Positions 27,097 through 36,870 of a stretch of 64,000 bases of DNA are shown piece by piece (the stretch's first letter is position 1; each line of letters opens with the position of its first letter). The DNA comes from Gemmatimonadota bacterium. Its GTDB lineage: Bacteria > Gemmatimonadota > Gemmatimonadetes > Gemmatimonadales > Gemmatimonadaceae. The position numbers and the translations under genes are program-made. The stretch is taken from NCBI GenBank assembly GCA_040389905.1, contig JAZJZK010000006.1, positions 116,892-180,891 on the forward strand, given 5' to 3'. The notes beneath the pieces are model-generated. The model worked only from the letters and a program-made list of their open reading frames with translations. It was not told the origin of the DNA and made no database searches.

Positions 27097-28368
27097 ATGG
27101 CAAGGATGAACGTGCGCGTGATCGGGGCAGTGATCGTCGTCGTGGCGGCTGCTGCCTTTGTGCTGAGCCGAGGCAATGCCGTCGGAGGTGGTCCATTCGC
27201 GAAGGAGCTTGCGGATGCCATTCCGCGCATTGAGGAATCCACGGGGCTGAAGTTCAAACAACCGCCGCGCCTGGAGGTCCGCACCAAGGAGCAGGTGCGC
27301 GATTTCCTGCTCAAGAAGTTCGACGAGTCCACGCCATCCAAGGAGATCACCGGCGAAGAGTCCGCATACAAGTTGCTCGGACTGATTCCCGACGCGATGG
27401 ATCTGCGAAAGTTTTTCATTTCCGTGCTGACGGAGCAGGTGATCGGCTACTACGACCCGGCGGCCAAGTCGCTGTACATCGTGGATGGAGCGGACGAGAA
27501 GGCGGTGGGGATCACCATCACGCACGAGCTTGTCCATGCGTTGCAGGACCAGTACGTCAATCTGGATTCGATCCAGAAGTCATCGTCGGACAATGACCGG
27601 CTGAGTGCCGCGCAGGCGGTCATCGAAGGGCAGGCGATGTTCGAGCAGTTGTCGATCATGGCGGGGGGCCCGAGAAACATTGCGCTGCGCGTCGGGGGGC
27701 GCGACCGCATTCGCGAAATGATTCGCGAGAACCAGAGTGCGCAGCCGATCTTTGCGACGGCGCCCATGGTGATCCAGGAGTCGCTGTTGTTTCCATATCT
27801 GAGTGGTGCGGACTACGTGCAGCGCTTCAAGGAGAAGCGCGGCAATGCGAACCCGCTGGCGAAGGCTCCGCTGTCGACCGAGCAGATCATGCACACGGAC
27901 GCCTACTTCGGTGCGACGCCCGACGAGCCGACGACCGTGGTGCTGCCACCGGTGCGCGGAGCGACGAACACGTACGAGAACGACATGGGCGAGTTCGGCA
28001 CTCGCCTCTTTCTCTATCAGCACCTCAAGGACGAGGTGACCTCAGCACGCGCGGCGACAGGGTGGGACGGCGACAAGTTCGCGATCGTGCAGGCGGGAAC
28101 CGGGAAGAAAGGAATCGTGTGGGTGACGGTCTGGGACTCGACGCTCGAGGCAGCCGAGTTCTCCGATGCGCTCATTCGGGCGGCGGGCCGGTTCACGGGC
28201 ATGCAGGAGCGGCGCGAGGCGGCGGGCGGTGCGACGTTCCGCCCGAAGGGGCGGACAACATCGATTTCGACTCGGCTCGTTGATGGACGGGCGATCGTGA
28301 TCTACACCGACCTGCCGGATGGAATGGCCAATGTGATCGATCCGGCAGGCATCAAGCTCAAGTCTTGA
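27097..28368 (+). CDS. Exported zinc-metalloprotease-like hypothetical protein
   Basis: N-terminal TM; IGYYDP; HELVHALQDQ with downstream IEGQA; LFPYLSG; STEQIMH; GWDGD. Confidence 0.75.
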   Translation: MARMNVRVIGAVIVVVAAAAFVLSRGNAVGGGPFAKELADAIPRIEESTGLKFKQPPRLEVRTKEQVRDFLLKKFDESTPSKEITGEESAYKLLGLIPDAMDLRKFFISVLTEQVIGYYDPAAKSLYIVDGADEKAVGITITHELVHALQDQYVNLDSIQKSSSDNDRLSAAQAVIEGQAMFEQLSIMAGGPRNIALRVGGRDRIREMIRENQSAQPIFATAPMVIQESLLFPYLSGADYVQRFKEKRGNANPLAKAPLSTEQIMHTDAYFGATPDEPTTVVLPPVRGATNTYENDMGEFGTRLFLYQHLKDEVTSARAATGWDGDKFAIVQAGTGKKGIVWVTVWDSTLEAAEFSDALIRAAGRFTGMQERREAAGGATFRPKGRTTSISTRLVDGRAIVIYTDLPDGMANVIDPAGIKLKS

Positions 28369-28560
28369 GCTAGAGCTCGAGCTGAAGGTGAGCTTTGAGC
28401 TTGAGCATGAGCTTGAGATTGAGCCTCCAGCAATGAGCTAATCAGAGCTCGAGCGAGAGCTTTGAGCACGAGCTCAAGCTCTGAGCTGCTCATTGCTCGA
28501 AGCTCACGCTCCCGCTCGCGCTCCCGCTCATAGCTCACTCTTGAGCTCGTGCTCAAGCTG
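28363..28560. repeat. GAGC-rich dispersed element, copy A (head-to-head arrangement)
   Basis: TGAGCN units switch to GCTCA units; core on minus strand at 28478-28498 (1 mismatch). Confidence 0.85.
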
Positions 28561-28567
28561 AAAGGGC

Positions 28568-29137
28568 CTATGGAAAAAGCGTGCAGGTAATGGAAGCTCG
28601 TCGAATCGAGTGTCCGCCGGTTTCACTGTCGTCGGACCAATAGACGAGATTCCGGCCCGCCACGCACTCCGACTGCGGTGAGATGGCGAACCCTTCGTTG
28701 TTCAGGTTTGGCATCGATGCCGGGCGGCTGAACTGATGGGTGACGAGGAAGGCATCCGGAATCCACGTGATGCCTTCGACGCCGAGGTTGGCACCCGTGA
28801 CCGGAAGGTCGGCGGTCAGGTTCCACTCGTTCGTTGCATTGAGCGACGTCGCGCTGCCGCTCGGATCGAAGCGGAGAATGCTGTTCCTGCTAACGGCATT
28901 GCTGGCGTTGTTGCGCTCGGACACGATGTAGAGGCCCGCGGCGGAGCCCGTGGTGTAGGTGATGTCCTCGGTATCCGGTTCGCCGGTGTCCGCTGCGCCG
29001 TGTATCGGACGATCCGGCTCGAGTTCCACCGACGTGGCACAGGGTGGTGGCAGATGCACCGAATACGCGCAGTACGGGCAATCCCACAGCGCAAGCGTGC
29101 GTTGCGATAGCGTGTGATGGCAAGTCGGACATTTCAT
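28568..29137 (-). pseudogene. Internally deleted fragment of a phytase-like/esterase-like beta-propeller protein
   Basis: PDTEDIT...SERNN...SILRFD...EWNLTADLP...NLGVEGITWIPD joined directly to RPASMPNLNNEGFAI...WSDD; N-terminus is an unrelated CxxC...CxxC peptide. Confidence 0.55.
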
Positions 29138-29165
29138 GCGTGGAAGGTGACGCTCACAGCCCACG

Positions 29166-30350
29166 TCAGCAGCACAAGCTGGTCGCGGTCCGGTAACGGC
29201 GCACACCCGCGAGGGAGGCCGTCGCGGGGTAACGCACGCACTCGTACACAGCGATCAGTTGCTCCGTAACGACATCCCAATCGAAGTCTGCAGCGCGCCG
29301 CAACGAGGCGGCGGCGAGATGTCGACGCCCGTGCGGATCACCGGCATTCGCGTGAATGAGGCGCGCAAGCGCATGTCCTTTTCCCGCGACGTAGAACTCA
29401 CCCGCGTCGCCAAGGACTTCGCGCGATGAAACGGTGTCTGCGGCGAGCACGGGCAACGCGCTCGCCATTGCCTCGATGAGAACGTTGCCGAAGGTATCCG
29501 TCGTCGACGGAAAGACGAACATGTCCGCCGACGCAAAGAACATCGCGACGTCGTCGCCCTCCAGCCTTCCCGCGAAGAAACAGTTCGCCGGAGCTCTCCG
29601 CCGGCACTCGTCGAGAAACGGGCCGTCGCCGGCGAACGCAAAGACAATCCGCCGGTTGGAATGATGTAGCTCGCCGGCCGCCTCGAGCATGTCCTCGAGT
29701 CCCTTCTCCTTCGCGATCCGGCCGACATATGCGACGATGAGGTCACCGTCGTTCGCGCCGACACGCAGGCGCATGACGCGCGAGCGCTTGGCGCTCGTGA
29801 ATCGCGTGCGATCGACGCCGCGTCCCCACACGCTCACGCGCTCGAAGCCATGCGATTCGAGCTCCGTCTGCACGGCGTGTGTTGGGGCCAGCGTTCGCAG
29901 CCCGGAATTATGGAACCACCGAAGGTAGCGCCAGGCGGCGCCGTGCAGCGGCCCGAGACCATAGTAGCGAGCGTATGCGGCGAACGACGTGTGGTACGAC
30001 GTGACGCACGGCAACCCAAGTCTTCGTGCGGCGCTGCGCGCCGCGAGCCCGACGCCGAACGGTGTGGCGATGTGCACGATCGACGGCCGAAAGCGCGCGA
30101 GCTCGTGCGCAATGGTTGCCGCGTGCGGCGCGGCAAGCCGAAGCTCACCGTAGAGCGGGCACGCGATGCTCGGATATCGCACGACATCGCTCGACGCCGG
30201 CGCTCGCGGGTCTGTTGTCGTGAAGACGCGAACGGCGCCGCCACGTTGCCGAATGGCACCGGCGACGCGAGCCAGCGTGCGCGCAACGCCGTTCATCTGC
30301 GGCGCATAGGTGTCGGTGAACAGCGCGACGCGCAGCTCAGAGACTGGCAT
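29166..30350 (-). CDS. GT4 glycosyltransferase (glycolipid synthase-like)
   Basis: ALFTDTYAPQMNGV, TSYHT, WGRGVD, YVGRIAKEK, FVFPSTTDTFGNVLIEAMAS. Confidence 0.92.
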   Translation of the reverse strand: MPVSELRVALFTDTYAPQMNGVARTLARVAGAIRQRGGAVRVFTTTDPRAPASSDVVRYPSIACPLYGELRLAAPHAATIAHELARFRPSIVHIATPFGVGLAARSAARRLGLPCVTSYHTSFAAYARYYGLGPLHGAAWRYLRWFHNSGLRTLAPTHAVQTELESHGFERVSVWGRGVDRTRFTSAKRSRVMRLRVGANDGDLIVAYVGRIAKEKGLEDMLEAAGELHHSNRRIVFAFAGDGPFLDECRRRAPANCFFAGRLEGDDVAMFFASADMFVFPSTTDTFGNVLIEAMASALPVLAADTVSSREVLGDAGEFYVAGKGHALARLIHANAGDPHGRRHLAAASLRRAADFDWDVVTEQLIAVYECVRYPATASLAGVRRYRTATSLCC

Positions 30351-31050
30351 AGGTCCAGGGATAGTGAGCGGTGAGCCAGCGATCGAGCGTCGCTTCGATA
30401 GAGTGGCGGACATCCGTCGACACGAGGTCCTGCGGGTGCAACGCGACGCGCACGCACGGACTGGCTCGCTCGGCGTACCAGCGAAGCGCGGCGACCATCG
30501 ACGATGCTTTCGCACGGAGGTGCGTTCTCGCGCTCCAGCGGGTCACGGGCGCCTCGATGAACATGGCGCGTTCGTGAAGGTGGACGTTGGACTCATCCTC
30601 GCTGAATCGCAGTCCGGCCGAGGCAACAACGGCGGGCAGGCCACGGTGCCCCAGCCATGCCGGTGGCACGAAGCCAATCGGCTCCAGGCCACATGCGCGC
30701 AGCGTCGCCGCGCCGCGCGAGATGCGTTCGTACGACTCGTCGCACGAGAGCGCGAGGAATTCACCTTCCGCATCCGTCCGCCCGAATGCGCGCAGTGAGT
30801 CGCGCACGCTCCGGTGACATTCGAATTCGTCGTGTCGCTCGCCGTGCAGAAACACTTCCGCGCCCGCGTCGGCGCGCTGCCGTATCCATGTGAGAAACGA
30901 CAGTGAGCCACCAAGCGGCCATTGGCCGTGCCAATTCGGCACGACGAGCAGGGCGGGCTCGATCCGGCGTTCCGCGCAGATCGCCCAGAGCTCACGAACG
31001 CACTCGTCGTGCGCGGGTGTGACGTCGTGAATGGAGACGAGCAGTTTCAT
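30337..31050 (-). CDS. Polysaccharide deacetylase-like protein (DUF2334)
   Basis: LVSIHDVTP, LLVVPNWHG, FLHGERH, EGEFLAL, GFVPPAW, RVALHPQD. Confidence 0.85.
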   Translation of the reverse strand: MKLLVSIHDVTPAHDECVRELWAICAERRIEPALLVVPNWHGQWPLGGSLSFLTWIRQRADAGAEVFLHGERHDEFECHRSVRDSLRAFGRTDAEGEFLALSCDESYERISRGAATLRACGLEPIGFVPPAWLGHRGLPAVVASAGLRFSEDESNVHLHERAMFIEAPVTRWSARTHLRAKASSMVAALRWYAERASPCVRVALHPQDLVSTDVRHSIEATLDRWLTAHYPWTYASL

Positions 31051-32300
31051 TGGGATCCGCTCAGCACATCATCGTAGATCGCAAACAGCGAGGCGAACAC
31101 GTCGTCCCAGCGGTGGCGACGTTCTGCGTGCGCCCTGCCGCGCTCGCGCCGAGCCACGCTTGGACTCAGCAGCAGGCGCTCCAGTTGTTCAGCGAGACCA
31201 TGCGAGTCGCCGCTCGGAAAGAGCATGCCTCCCCCCGAATCGGTGATCAACTCGGCTGCGCCACCGCCGTCAGCGGAGAGCACTGGGGTTCCACTCGCGA
31301 GCGCCTCGACGGCCGCAAGGCCGAAGGTTTCGCATTCGCACGGAGAGACAACGACGTCAGCGGCAGCGAGCAGCCGCGCGACATCGACTCGCCGATTCAT
31401 ATACCCGAGCCACCGAATCGAGGGATGCGCATAGATCGCAAGCAAGCGCCGACGGAGCGGACCGTCGCCAATGAGTACCAACTGTGCGCCGGTTCTGGCT
31501 GCCACACGCGGCCACGCGGCCAACAGCAGCTCGAGTCGCTTTTCCTGCGAAAAGCGGCCAACGAACATTGCGATGGGGCGCTCGTCGATTCCGAGCTGGG
31601 CAAGCTGCTCCAATCCGCGGCTGCGATGCGCCGGATGGAACTGTCGCAAGTCGACGCCGAGCGGGATGTACGCCGTTCGTCCGATGCCGTGCGTCGCCAA
31701 CTGGTTTGCGGCATAGCGTGACGATACGATCGTGCGAGAAAACCGTTGGTCCATGTATCGTATGTAGCGCCAGGCGAGCGACGCGCGCGCGCGACCGGCC
31801 AGCGTGCGCGGCTGCCGCGCTCCTCCGACGACGCTCGCGATGTCGGAGTGGAAAAATGAGACGAGGGGAATGTCGAAGCGTCTCCTCGTATTCAGAACGT
31901 GCCAGGGAGCGAGCCCCGAACTGCCAACCTCGATAATGTCGGGGCGCTCGTGCGCGAGAATCATTGCGCTGGCAGCGCGGTCGAGCAGAAAGCGGTACGG
32001 TGGTTGTCCGGGGACGGGGAACGACCCGACCCGATAGCATCGTACTCGCGCGCTCTCCGTGATTGCATCGCGTGGGCCCGGCACGACGATCGACTGCCGG
32101 AGCGTGGACGAACGCTCCACGAATCGTGCTTTCTCCGTCAGGTAAGTACGAACACCACCGCTCGTTTCGCCAAAGAATTCCGACACATCGAGCACCGTTC
32201 GCTGGGCGCGAGGCTGCGGTCGCGGTAGCGAACGAGCGACGAAATGAGTTCGAAGTAACGCCGACGGGCCGAACAGTTGCACTGCGAGATCAGTGGTCAC
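31047..32300 (-). CDS. GT4 glycosyltransferase
   Basis: SGGVRTYL, FFHSD, PLGVD, FVGRFSQEK, ETFGLAAVEALASG. Confidence 0.9.
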   Translation of the reverse strand: MTTDLAVQLFGPSALLRTHFVARSLPRPQPRAQRTVLDVSEFFGETSGGVRTYLTEKARFVERSSTLRQSIVVPGPRDAITESARVRCYRVGSFPVPGQPPYRFLLDRAASAMILAHERPDIIEVGSSGLAPWHVLNTRRRFDIPLVSFFHSDIASVVGGARQPRTLAGRARASLAWRYIRYMDQRFSRTIVSSRYAANQLATHGIGRTAYIPLGVDLRQFHPAHRSRGLEQLAQLGIDERPIAMFVGRFSQEKRLELLLAAWPRVAARTGAQLVLIGDGPLRRRLLAIYAHPSIRWLGYMNRRVDVARLLAAADVVVSPCECETFGLAAVEALASGTPVLSADGGGAAELITDSGGGMLFPSGDSHGLAEQLERLLLSPSVARRERGRAHAERRHRWDDVFASLFAIYDDVLSGSQ

Positions 32301-32815
32301 GAACCGGTTGCAATCAGGAGCCAGTGTGTGCCAACCGCGATGCCCTGGCCGACCGCGACGTCGCCGGGGTAGTGCACGCCGAGCAGCACGCGCGTGGCGC
32401 CGACGACTCCCGCCAACACGAAGAGCGGAATGGCGAGCTGGGGAACCGCACCGCTCCACGCCAACGCCAGTGAGATCGCCGCCGCAGCGTGCCCCGAGGG
32501 AAAGGAGAAGCGATCGGGCTCATGAATCAGCGCGACGTCGTCGTCGGAGCGGGACGGCCGAGGTCTCCCGACCGTACGCTTGACGATCTGAACGAGCACG
32601 TGCGACAACGCCAGCGTATACAGACCGTGAAGTCCCGCCGACTCCGAGCGCGGCGAGAACATTGGGACGATCACAAGCAGGATCGTGGCGCGAGCGCCGC
32701 CGAGGTGCGTCAGCACCAACGCGAGGCTCCGCCAGACCGGCTTGGTCGTGCGCACGAATCGCAGACGGTTGAACAGCGCACGATCGCGCTCGTCGAAGCG
32801 ATGCAGGATTGCCAT
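32297..32815 (-). CDS. PAP2 family phosphatase
   Basis: KRTVGRPRP, SFPSGH, TRVLLGVHYPGDV. Confidence 0.93.
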   Translation of the reverse strand: MAILHRFDERDRALFNRLRFVRTTKPVWRSLALVLTHLGGARATILLVIVPMFSPRSESAGLHGLYTLALSHVLVQIVKRTVGRPRPSRSDDDVALIHEPDRFSFPSGHAAAAISLALAWSGAVPQLAIPLFVLAGVVGATRVLLGVHYPGDVAVGQGIAVGTHWLLIATGS

Positions 32816-32880
32816 GGTCCCTCACTCGTTGGAGACGAGCGTACGTAAACACCAACTCATCGCGAACCGCCCATCATTTC

Positions 32881-32898
32881 ATGACGAAGCGGTAACAG
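32881..32898 (-). promoter_or_regulatory. Pho-box-like site upstream of PAP2 gene
   Basis: Minus strand CTGTTAC-CGCT-TCGTCAT resembles CTGTCAT-n4-CTGTCAT, ~65 bp upstream of the PAP2 start. Confidence 0.55.
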
Positions 32899-34722
32899 TC
32901 AGGCGGTCTTCTGACCCTTGCTGCCGCGCGAGACGCGGTGCCGAGCCGACTGCATCGAGATTGGGGCCGACGCGGCAACCTTGTGCGAACCCGTCCGTGT
33001 CGCGGAGCGGGTGAATTGATCGACCGTTTCACGCAAACCGCCAGCAAGCACCGACATGTGGTTGCCTGCCTGCGCCAGCAGCGACGTCGACGTCGACTGC
33101 TGCTTGGTGAGCGAGATCATGTGCTGTGATGTGGCGGCGTGGTCATCGGCGGTTGCCGCAACGCTCCGAAGCTCGCGGATGAGCAACGTGGATTGTGCGT
33201 GCAAACGCTCAGCGCCCTCACCAATACCCGCTGCCGTTGCGCGACTACCCTTCATGTCCTCGGCGATGCGAAGCAACGATTCCGATGATTCCCGTACAAC
33301 GTTCTCGCCTTGAACCACGGACTGCGTGACCAGGCCAACCCGCCGCGACACGTCGCTCGATGCCGAGTCGATATCGGCGACGAGCGTGCGGATGACCTTG
33401 AGAGCGGTCGCACTTTCATCGGCCAGCGACCGGACCTCGTCGGCAATCACGGCGAAGCCGCGACCATGGTCTCCCGCGCGTGCCGCCTCGATCGCGGCGT
33501 TGAGCGCGAGGAGGTTCGTCTGTCGCGCCAATTGTTCGACGCCAACGGCGATCTCGCCGATGCGTGCCGACTTGGCCGCCAGCACGTCCACGACGCGCGT
33601 GGCTTCACGCGCCGAATCGCTGATCTCGCCGAAGCGAACCATCGCGACCTCGGCTGATCGCGACCCATCGGCGGCGCGCGCGCTGGCGCGATCGGCCGAT
33701 GCGACGGCCTGGGACGCCTGCCGTGAGACGGCGAGCACCGTCGCGTCCACCACCAGCGCGGCCGCCACGACAGCTTCCATCGCCTGCGTTTGTTGCAGCG
33801 CGCCGACCGCGACCGATGCGGCAGCGTCGTTCAGCTGGTCCGTGGTCGAAGACAGACGGGTGGTCGCGTCCCCCAGTGCATCGGCGTTGGACTCGAACGT
33901 CGCTGCCGAATGCTCCACGGCGGTGAGGACGGAGCGAAGTGAGACGACCATCGCGGTGAAGGTCGCGGCCAACCGCCCGATTTCATCATCGTTCGATCGT
34001 CCCAGCGCAGCGACGGTCTGGTCTGACAAGTCGCCGTCCGCAACGAGGACGGCCGCGCGCTCGAGGGCACGGAGGGGAGCGATCATTTCACGCGACAATG
34101 CAATCGTCACCACAAGGAGCACGAGGGCCGCGAGGACCAGGAATGCCACGAGCCAGCGCAGCACCGTCGCGGTGTCTGCGCGCATATCGGCACGCTGGGC
34201 GACAACATTGGCGTCCAAACGCTGGACGAGGGAGTCAATGAGATCGGTGGGCGCACGATCCTGGCCCTTGACCAGACTGTCCGCCTTGTGAAAGGCGCGG
34301 CCCTGGCTCGCGACAACGAGCGAGAGCGCCGACTCATACCGCGTCGACATTCCGTCGTGGGCCCGGGCGAACATGGCGAGCATCCCGCGCGACGGCGGGT
34401 CCGCAATGCGAGCGTGCAGCATCGCCGCCATGCTGTCGACGTCGCGCGTGCGAGCGTGGAAGGCGACGGTGTACTTTCGCAGCGAGGCGCTGTCTTCACC
34501 GCGCAGGAGGATGTCCTTCCACTCCTGCACCTGCTTCTTGAACGTCACCTGCATTTTGCGCGCGTCTTCGCGGTCGCGGACGTCGGTGCTCAGTACGCGC
34601 TCGTAGCCGTGCATCGTACTGCGGAGGGTGAACAAGGAAATCGCCGCGATTGAAACGCCCAGCATCAGCGCGACACTGATCAACAGCGCGATGCGCGCCT
34701 GGAGTGAGTGCGTGATTCTCAT
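32899..34722 (-). CDS. Methyl-accepting chemotaxis protein (TM-sensor-TM-HAMP-MA)
   Basis: FKKQVQEWKDILLRG sensor; DEIGRLA HAMP; QTNLLALNAAIEAARAGDHGRGFAVIADEVRSLA. Confidence 0.93.
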   Translation of the reverse strand: MRITHSLQARIALLISVALMLGVSIAAISLFTLRSTMHGYERVLSTDVRDREDARKMQVTFKKQVQEWKDILLRGEDSASLRKYTVAFHARTRDVDSMAAMLHARIADPPSRGMLAMFARAHDGMSTRYESALSLVVASQGRAFHKADSLVKGQDRAPTDLIDSLVQRLDANVVAQRADMRADTATVLRWLVAFLVLAALVLLVVTIALSREMIAPLRALERAAVLVADGDLSDQTVAALGRSNDDEIGRLAATFTAMVVSLRSVLTAVEHSAATFESNADALGDATTRLSSTTDQLNDAAASVAVGALQQTQAMEAVVAAALVVDATVLAVSRQASQAVASADRASARAADGSRSAEVAMVRFGEISDSAREATRVVDVLAAKSARIGEIAVGVEQLARQTNLLALNAAIEAARAGDHGRGFAVIADEVRSLADESATALKVIRTLVADIDSASSDVSRRVGLVTQSVVQGENVVRESSESLLRIAEDMKGSRATAAGIGEGAERLHAQSTLLIRELRSVAATADDHAATSQHMISLTKQQSTSTSLLAQAGNHMSVLAGGLRETVDQFTRSATRTGSHKVAASAPISMQSARHRVSRGSKGQKTA

Positions 34723-35915
34723 GCGGACAGCGCCGCTGCGATGATCGCTGGCTCTGCGATGACTTCGCGATAGCTGAGGTCCAACCGATCCATCTCCCTC
34801 TCCCACGACAGCGCTTCCGCGGTGCAGCGCGCACCGACGGCGAGGAAGCGCCGGAGTTTCTCGTCGTGGACGAGTCGCACCAGGGCATCGATGAACAGGG
34901 GTTCGTTGCCTGCGGGGTACGCGATCCCGTTGACCCCGTTGCGAAGGTGATCGGCGACTCCGCCCTCCGGTGCAGCAACGACAGGCAGGCCGCTTGCCAT
35001 CGCTTCGAGGATGACGAGACCCAACGTCTCCGTGTACGAGGCGAAGACGAATGCGTCGGCTGTTGCATAGAGTGCCGGAAGGCACGTCGTGCGATCGAGG
35101 TGACCGAGAAAGTGCGTATCGGGTGGCGCGGCGAGCCGTAGCGCTTCCTTCTTGGGGCCGGAGCCCGCAATCACCAATCGCACGGGCCGAGGCGCCAATC
35201 GCTCTCGGGCCGCGGCAAAGGCGGAGAGAATGCGCTCGACACCTTTCTCGGCAGCCAGCCGGCCAACGTGAAGGAAGACGAACGCGTCGCCGAGGCCGAG
35301 GCTTTGTCGCAACGCGGTACTGTCTCGCGACGGCGAGAAGATCTCGAGATCGACACCGCGACCCCACACCTCCACATTCGACACACCCATCGCGCGCAGC
35401 GCGGCGGCCGACGGCGTGCTCGGCGTATAGGTGCGAGCCGCCGAGTCGTGAAAGCGGGCAAGGCTGCGACAGACCGCACCGCGCAACGCGGGGACGCCAT
35501 AGGCGTCAGCGTACTTGCCGAAGTCGGTGTGGTACGAGGTCACGAGCGGAATGCCGGCACGGAGGGCCGCCGCCGCTCCCAGGCGGCCGATGACGAACTC
35601 TGTTTGCGCATGGATGATGTCCGGTTGCACGACGCGAATCGCGTCTTCGACACAACTGCGCCGGGGCCAGCTCAGCCGAATGTCCGGATAGATTGGCAGC
35701 GGCAGGCTCGGCAGCGTGGCGACGTATGTTGCCGACGAGGCACCCTCATCGCGGCGAAATGGATCGCGCCACCGGGACGGATATCTCGGCGCAACGACGC
35801 CGCATTCCCACCCCCGATACGTCAATCCATCGACTGACAATGCGGTCACGACGCTGACGCCGTTCACCTGGGGCGGGTACGTATCGGTGCAGTACAGGAC
35901 GCGCAGTGGGCGCAC
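34719..35915 (-). CDS. GT4 glycosyltransferase (glycolipid synthase-like)
   Basis: CTDTYPPQVNGVS, TSYHTDF, WGRGVD, VGRLAAEK, ETLGLVILEAMASG. Confidence 0.92.
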   Translation of the reverse strand: MRPLRVLYCTDTYPPQVNGVSVVTALSVDGLTYRGWECGVVAPRYPSRWRDPFRRDEGASSATYVATLPSLPLPIYPDIRLSWPRRSCVEDAIRVVQPDIIHAQTEFVIGRLGAAAALRAGIPLVTSYHTDFGKYADAYGVPALRGAVCRSLARFHDSAARTYTPSTPSAAALRAMGVSNVEVWGRGVDLEIFSPSRDSTALRQSLGLGDAFVFLHVGRLAAEKGVERILSAFAAARERLAPRPVRLVIAGSGPKKEALRLAAPPDTHFLGHLDRTTCLPALYATADAFVFASYTETLGLVILEAMASGLPVVAAPEGGVADHLRNGVNGIAYPAGNEPLFIDALVRLVHDEKLRRFLAVGARCTAEALSWEREMDRLDLSYREVIAEPAIIAAALSA

Positions 35916-36036
35916 GGTTTGTTGGCTCGCGGTCGAGTTCGACGGAAATCGAGCGCGCGGACGTCACGGTCATATCGCGGGGTTGTCACGGAGCGGTACA
36001 CCAACGCTCAACACGCTCCATTCAAGCGAGTTCTTT

Positions 36037-36168
36037 CTTGAGCTAGAGCACGAGCTGAACGTGAGCTATGAGCGGGAGCTCAATCTCTGAGCTGCTCATT
36101 ACTCGTGGCTCACGCTCAGGCTCACGCTCTCGCTCGGAGCTCACCTTCGAGCTCATGCTCGAGCTGAG
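36037..36168. repeat. GAGC-rich dispersed element, copy B
   Basis: Core on minus strand at 36084-36104 (3 mismatches); reverse complement aligns over ~85 bp with copy E. Confidence 0.85.
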
Positions 36169-36262
36169 ATTCCATGCAATGGTGAGATGCGTTTGTGGAA
36201 CCGCGTGCCGCCGGTCGGGTATCGCCAGCGCCCCCGCTCGATTCCCTATCATCGCCCCAGTT

Positions 36263-36841
36263 ATGCGACGTATCGCGCTGATCGCATTACTCTGTCTCCC
36301 GCTCAGCCTCCGTGGTCAGCAGCCGCCGAGCACCGCTTCAGCCCAGCCCAACGGTGTCGCGAGGACGTTTCTTTCGTTCGGGCCGCCGTACGGAGGCTGG
36401 CTGCTGCTCGCCTTCGATTCTATTCCGGAGCGTAGTTACGGCTACCGGCCAACACCGCCGCAACAGAGCATCGGCTTTATTGCGCAGCACCTCGAGGCGG
36501 CGAACTACGGACTCTGCTCAACCTTCGGCGCGGAGAAGCACGCGTTGACGGCGAAGGATTCCCTGACGGATACCCTCAAAGCACAATGGCCCAAGGACAC
36601 CCTGATCGCCCGGGTGCGCGCGTCATTGGAGTTCTGCGCTGCTGCCATAAGGAAGCTGTCGGACGCCCAACTCGCAGACGAGCTCACAATTGACACACCC
36701 AGTGGCCGACAGACCGTCCTGCGAGCGCGTTACCTCATGCTCTTGATCACGGATCTGGCCGAGCACTATAGCCAGCTCTCGAGCTATATGCGGCTGCTCG
36801 GCTTGGTACCGCCGTCGGCCCTGCCGCGACCGCCTCGATGA
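36263..36841 (+). CDS. DinB family protein (exported)
   Basis: Signal peptide; YGYRPTPPQQSIGFIAQHL; EHYSQLSSYMRLLGLVPPS. Confidence 0.85.
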   Translation: MRRIALIALLCLPLSLRGQQPPSTASAQPNGVARTFLSFGPPYGGWLLLAFDSIPERSYGYRPTPPQQSIGFIAQHLEAANYGLCSTFGAEKHALTAKDSLTDTLKAQWPKDTLIARVRASLEFCAAAIRKLSDAQLADELTIDTPSGRQTVLRARYLMLLITDLAEHYSQLSSYMRLLGLVPPSALPRPPR

Positions 36842-36870
36842 ATCTGCTCGAGATTGAGCGTCCAGCACTG

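Noticed and set aside
26509..27537. Long antisense ORFs (also 44887..46686, 49930..51399, 59737..61074, 7835..8953)
   Set aside because: Shadow frames of well-supported genes on the opposite strand, expected at high GC; no recognisable motifs
34723..35367. N-terminal extension making an 822-aa MCP
   Set aside because: Overlaps the GT4 gene in another frame; the ATG at 34722 with ATGA coupling is the more plausible start
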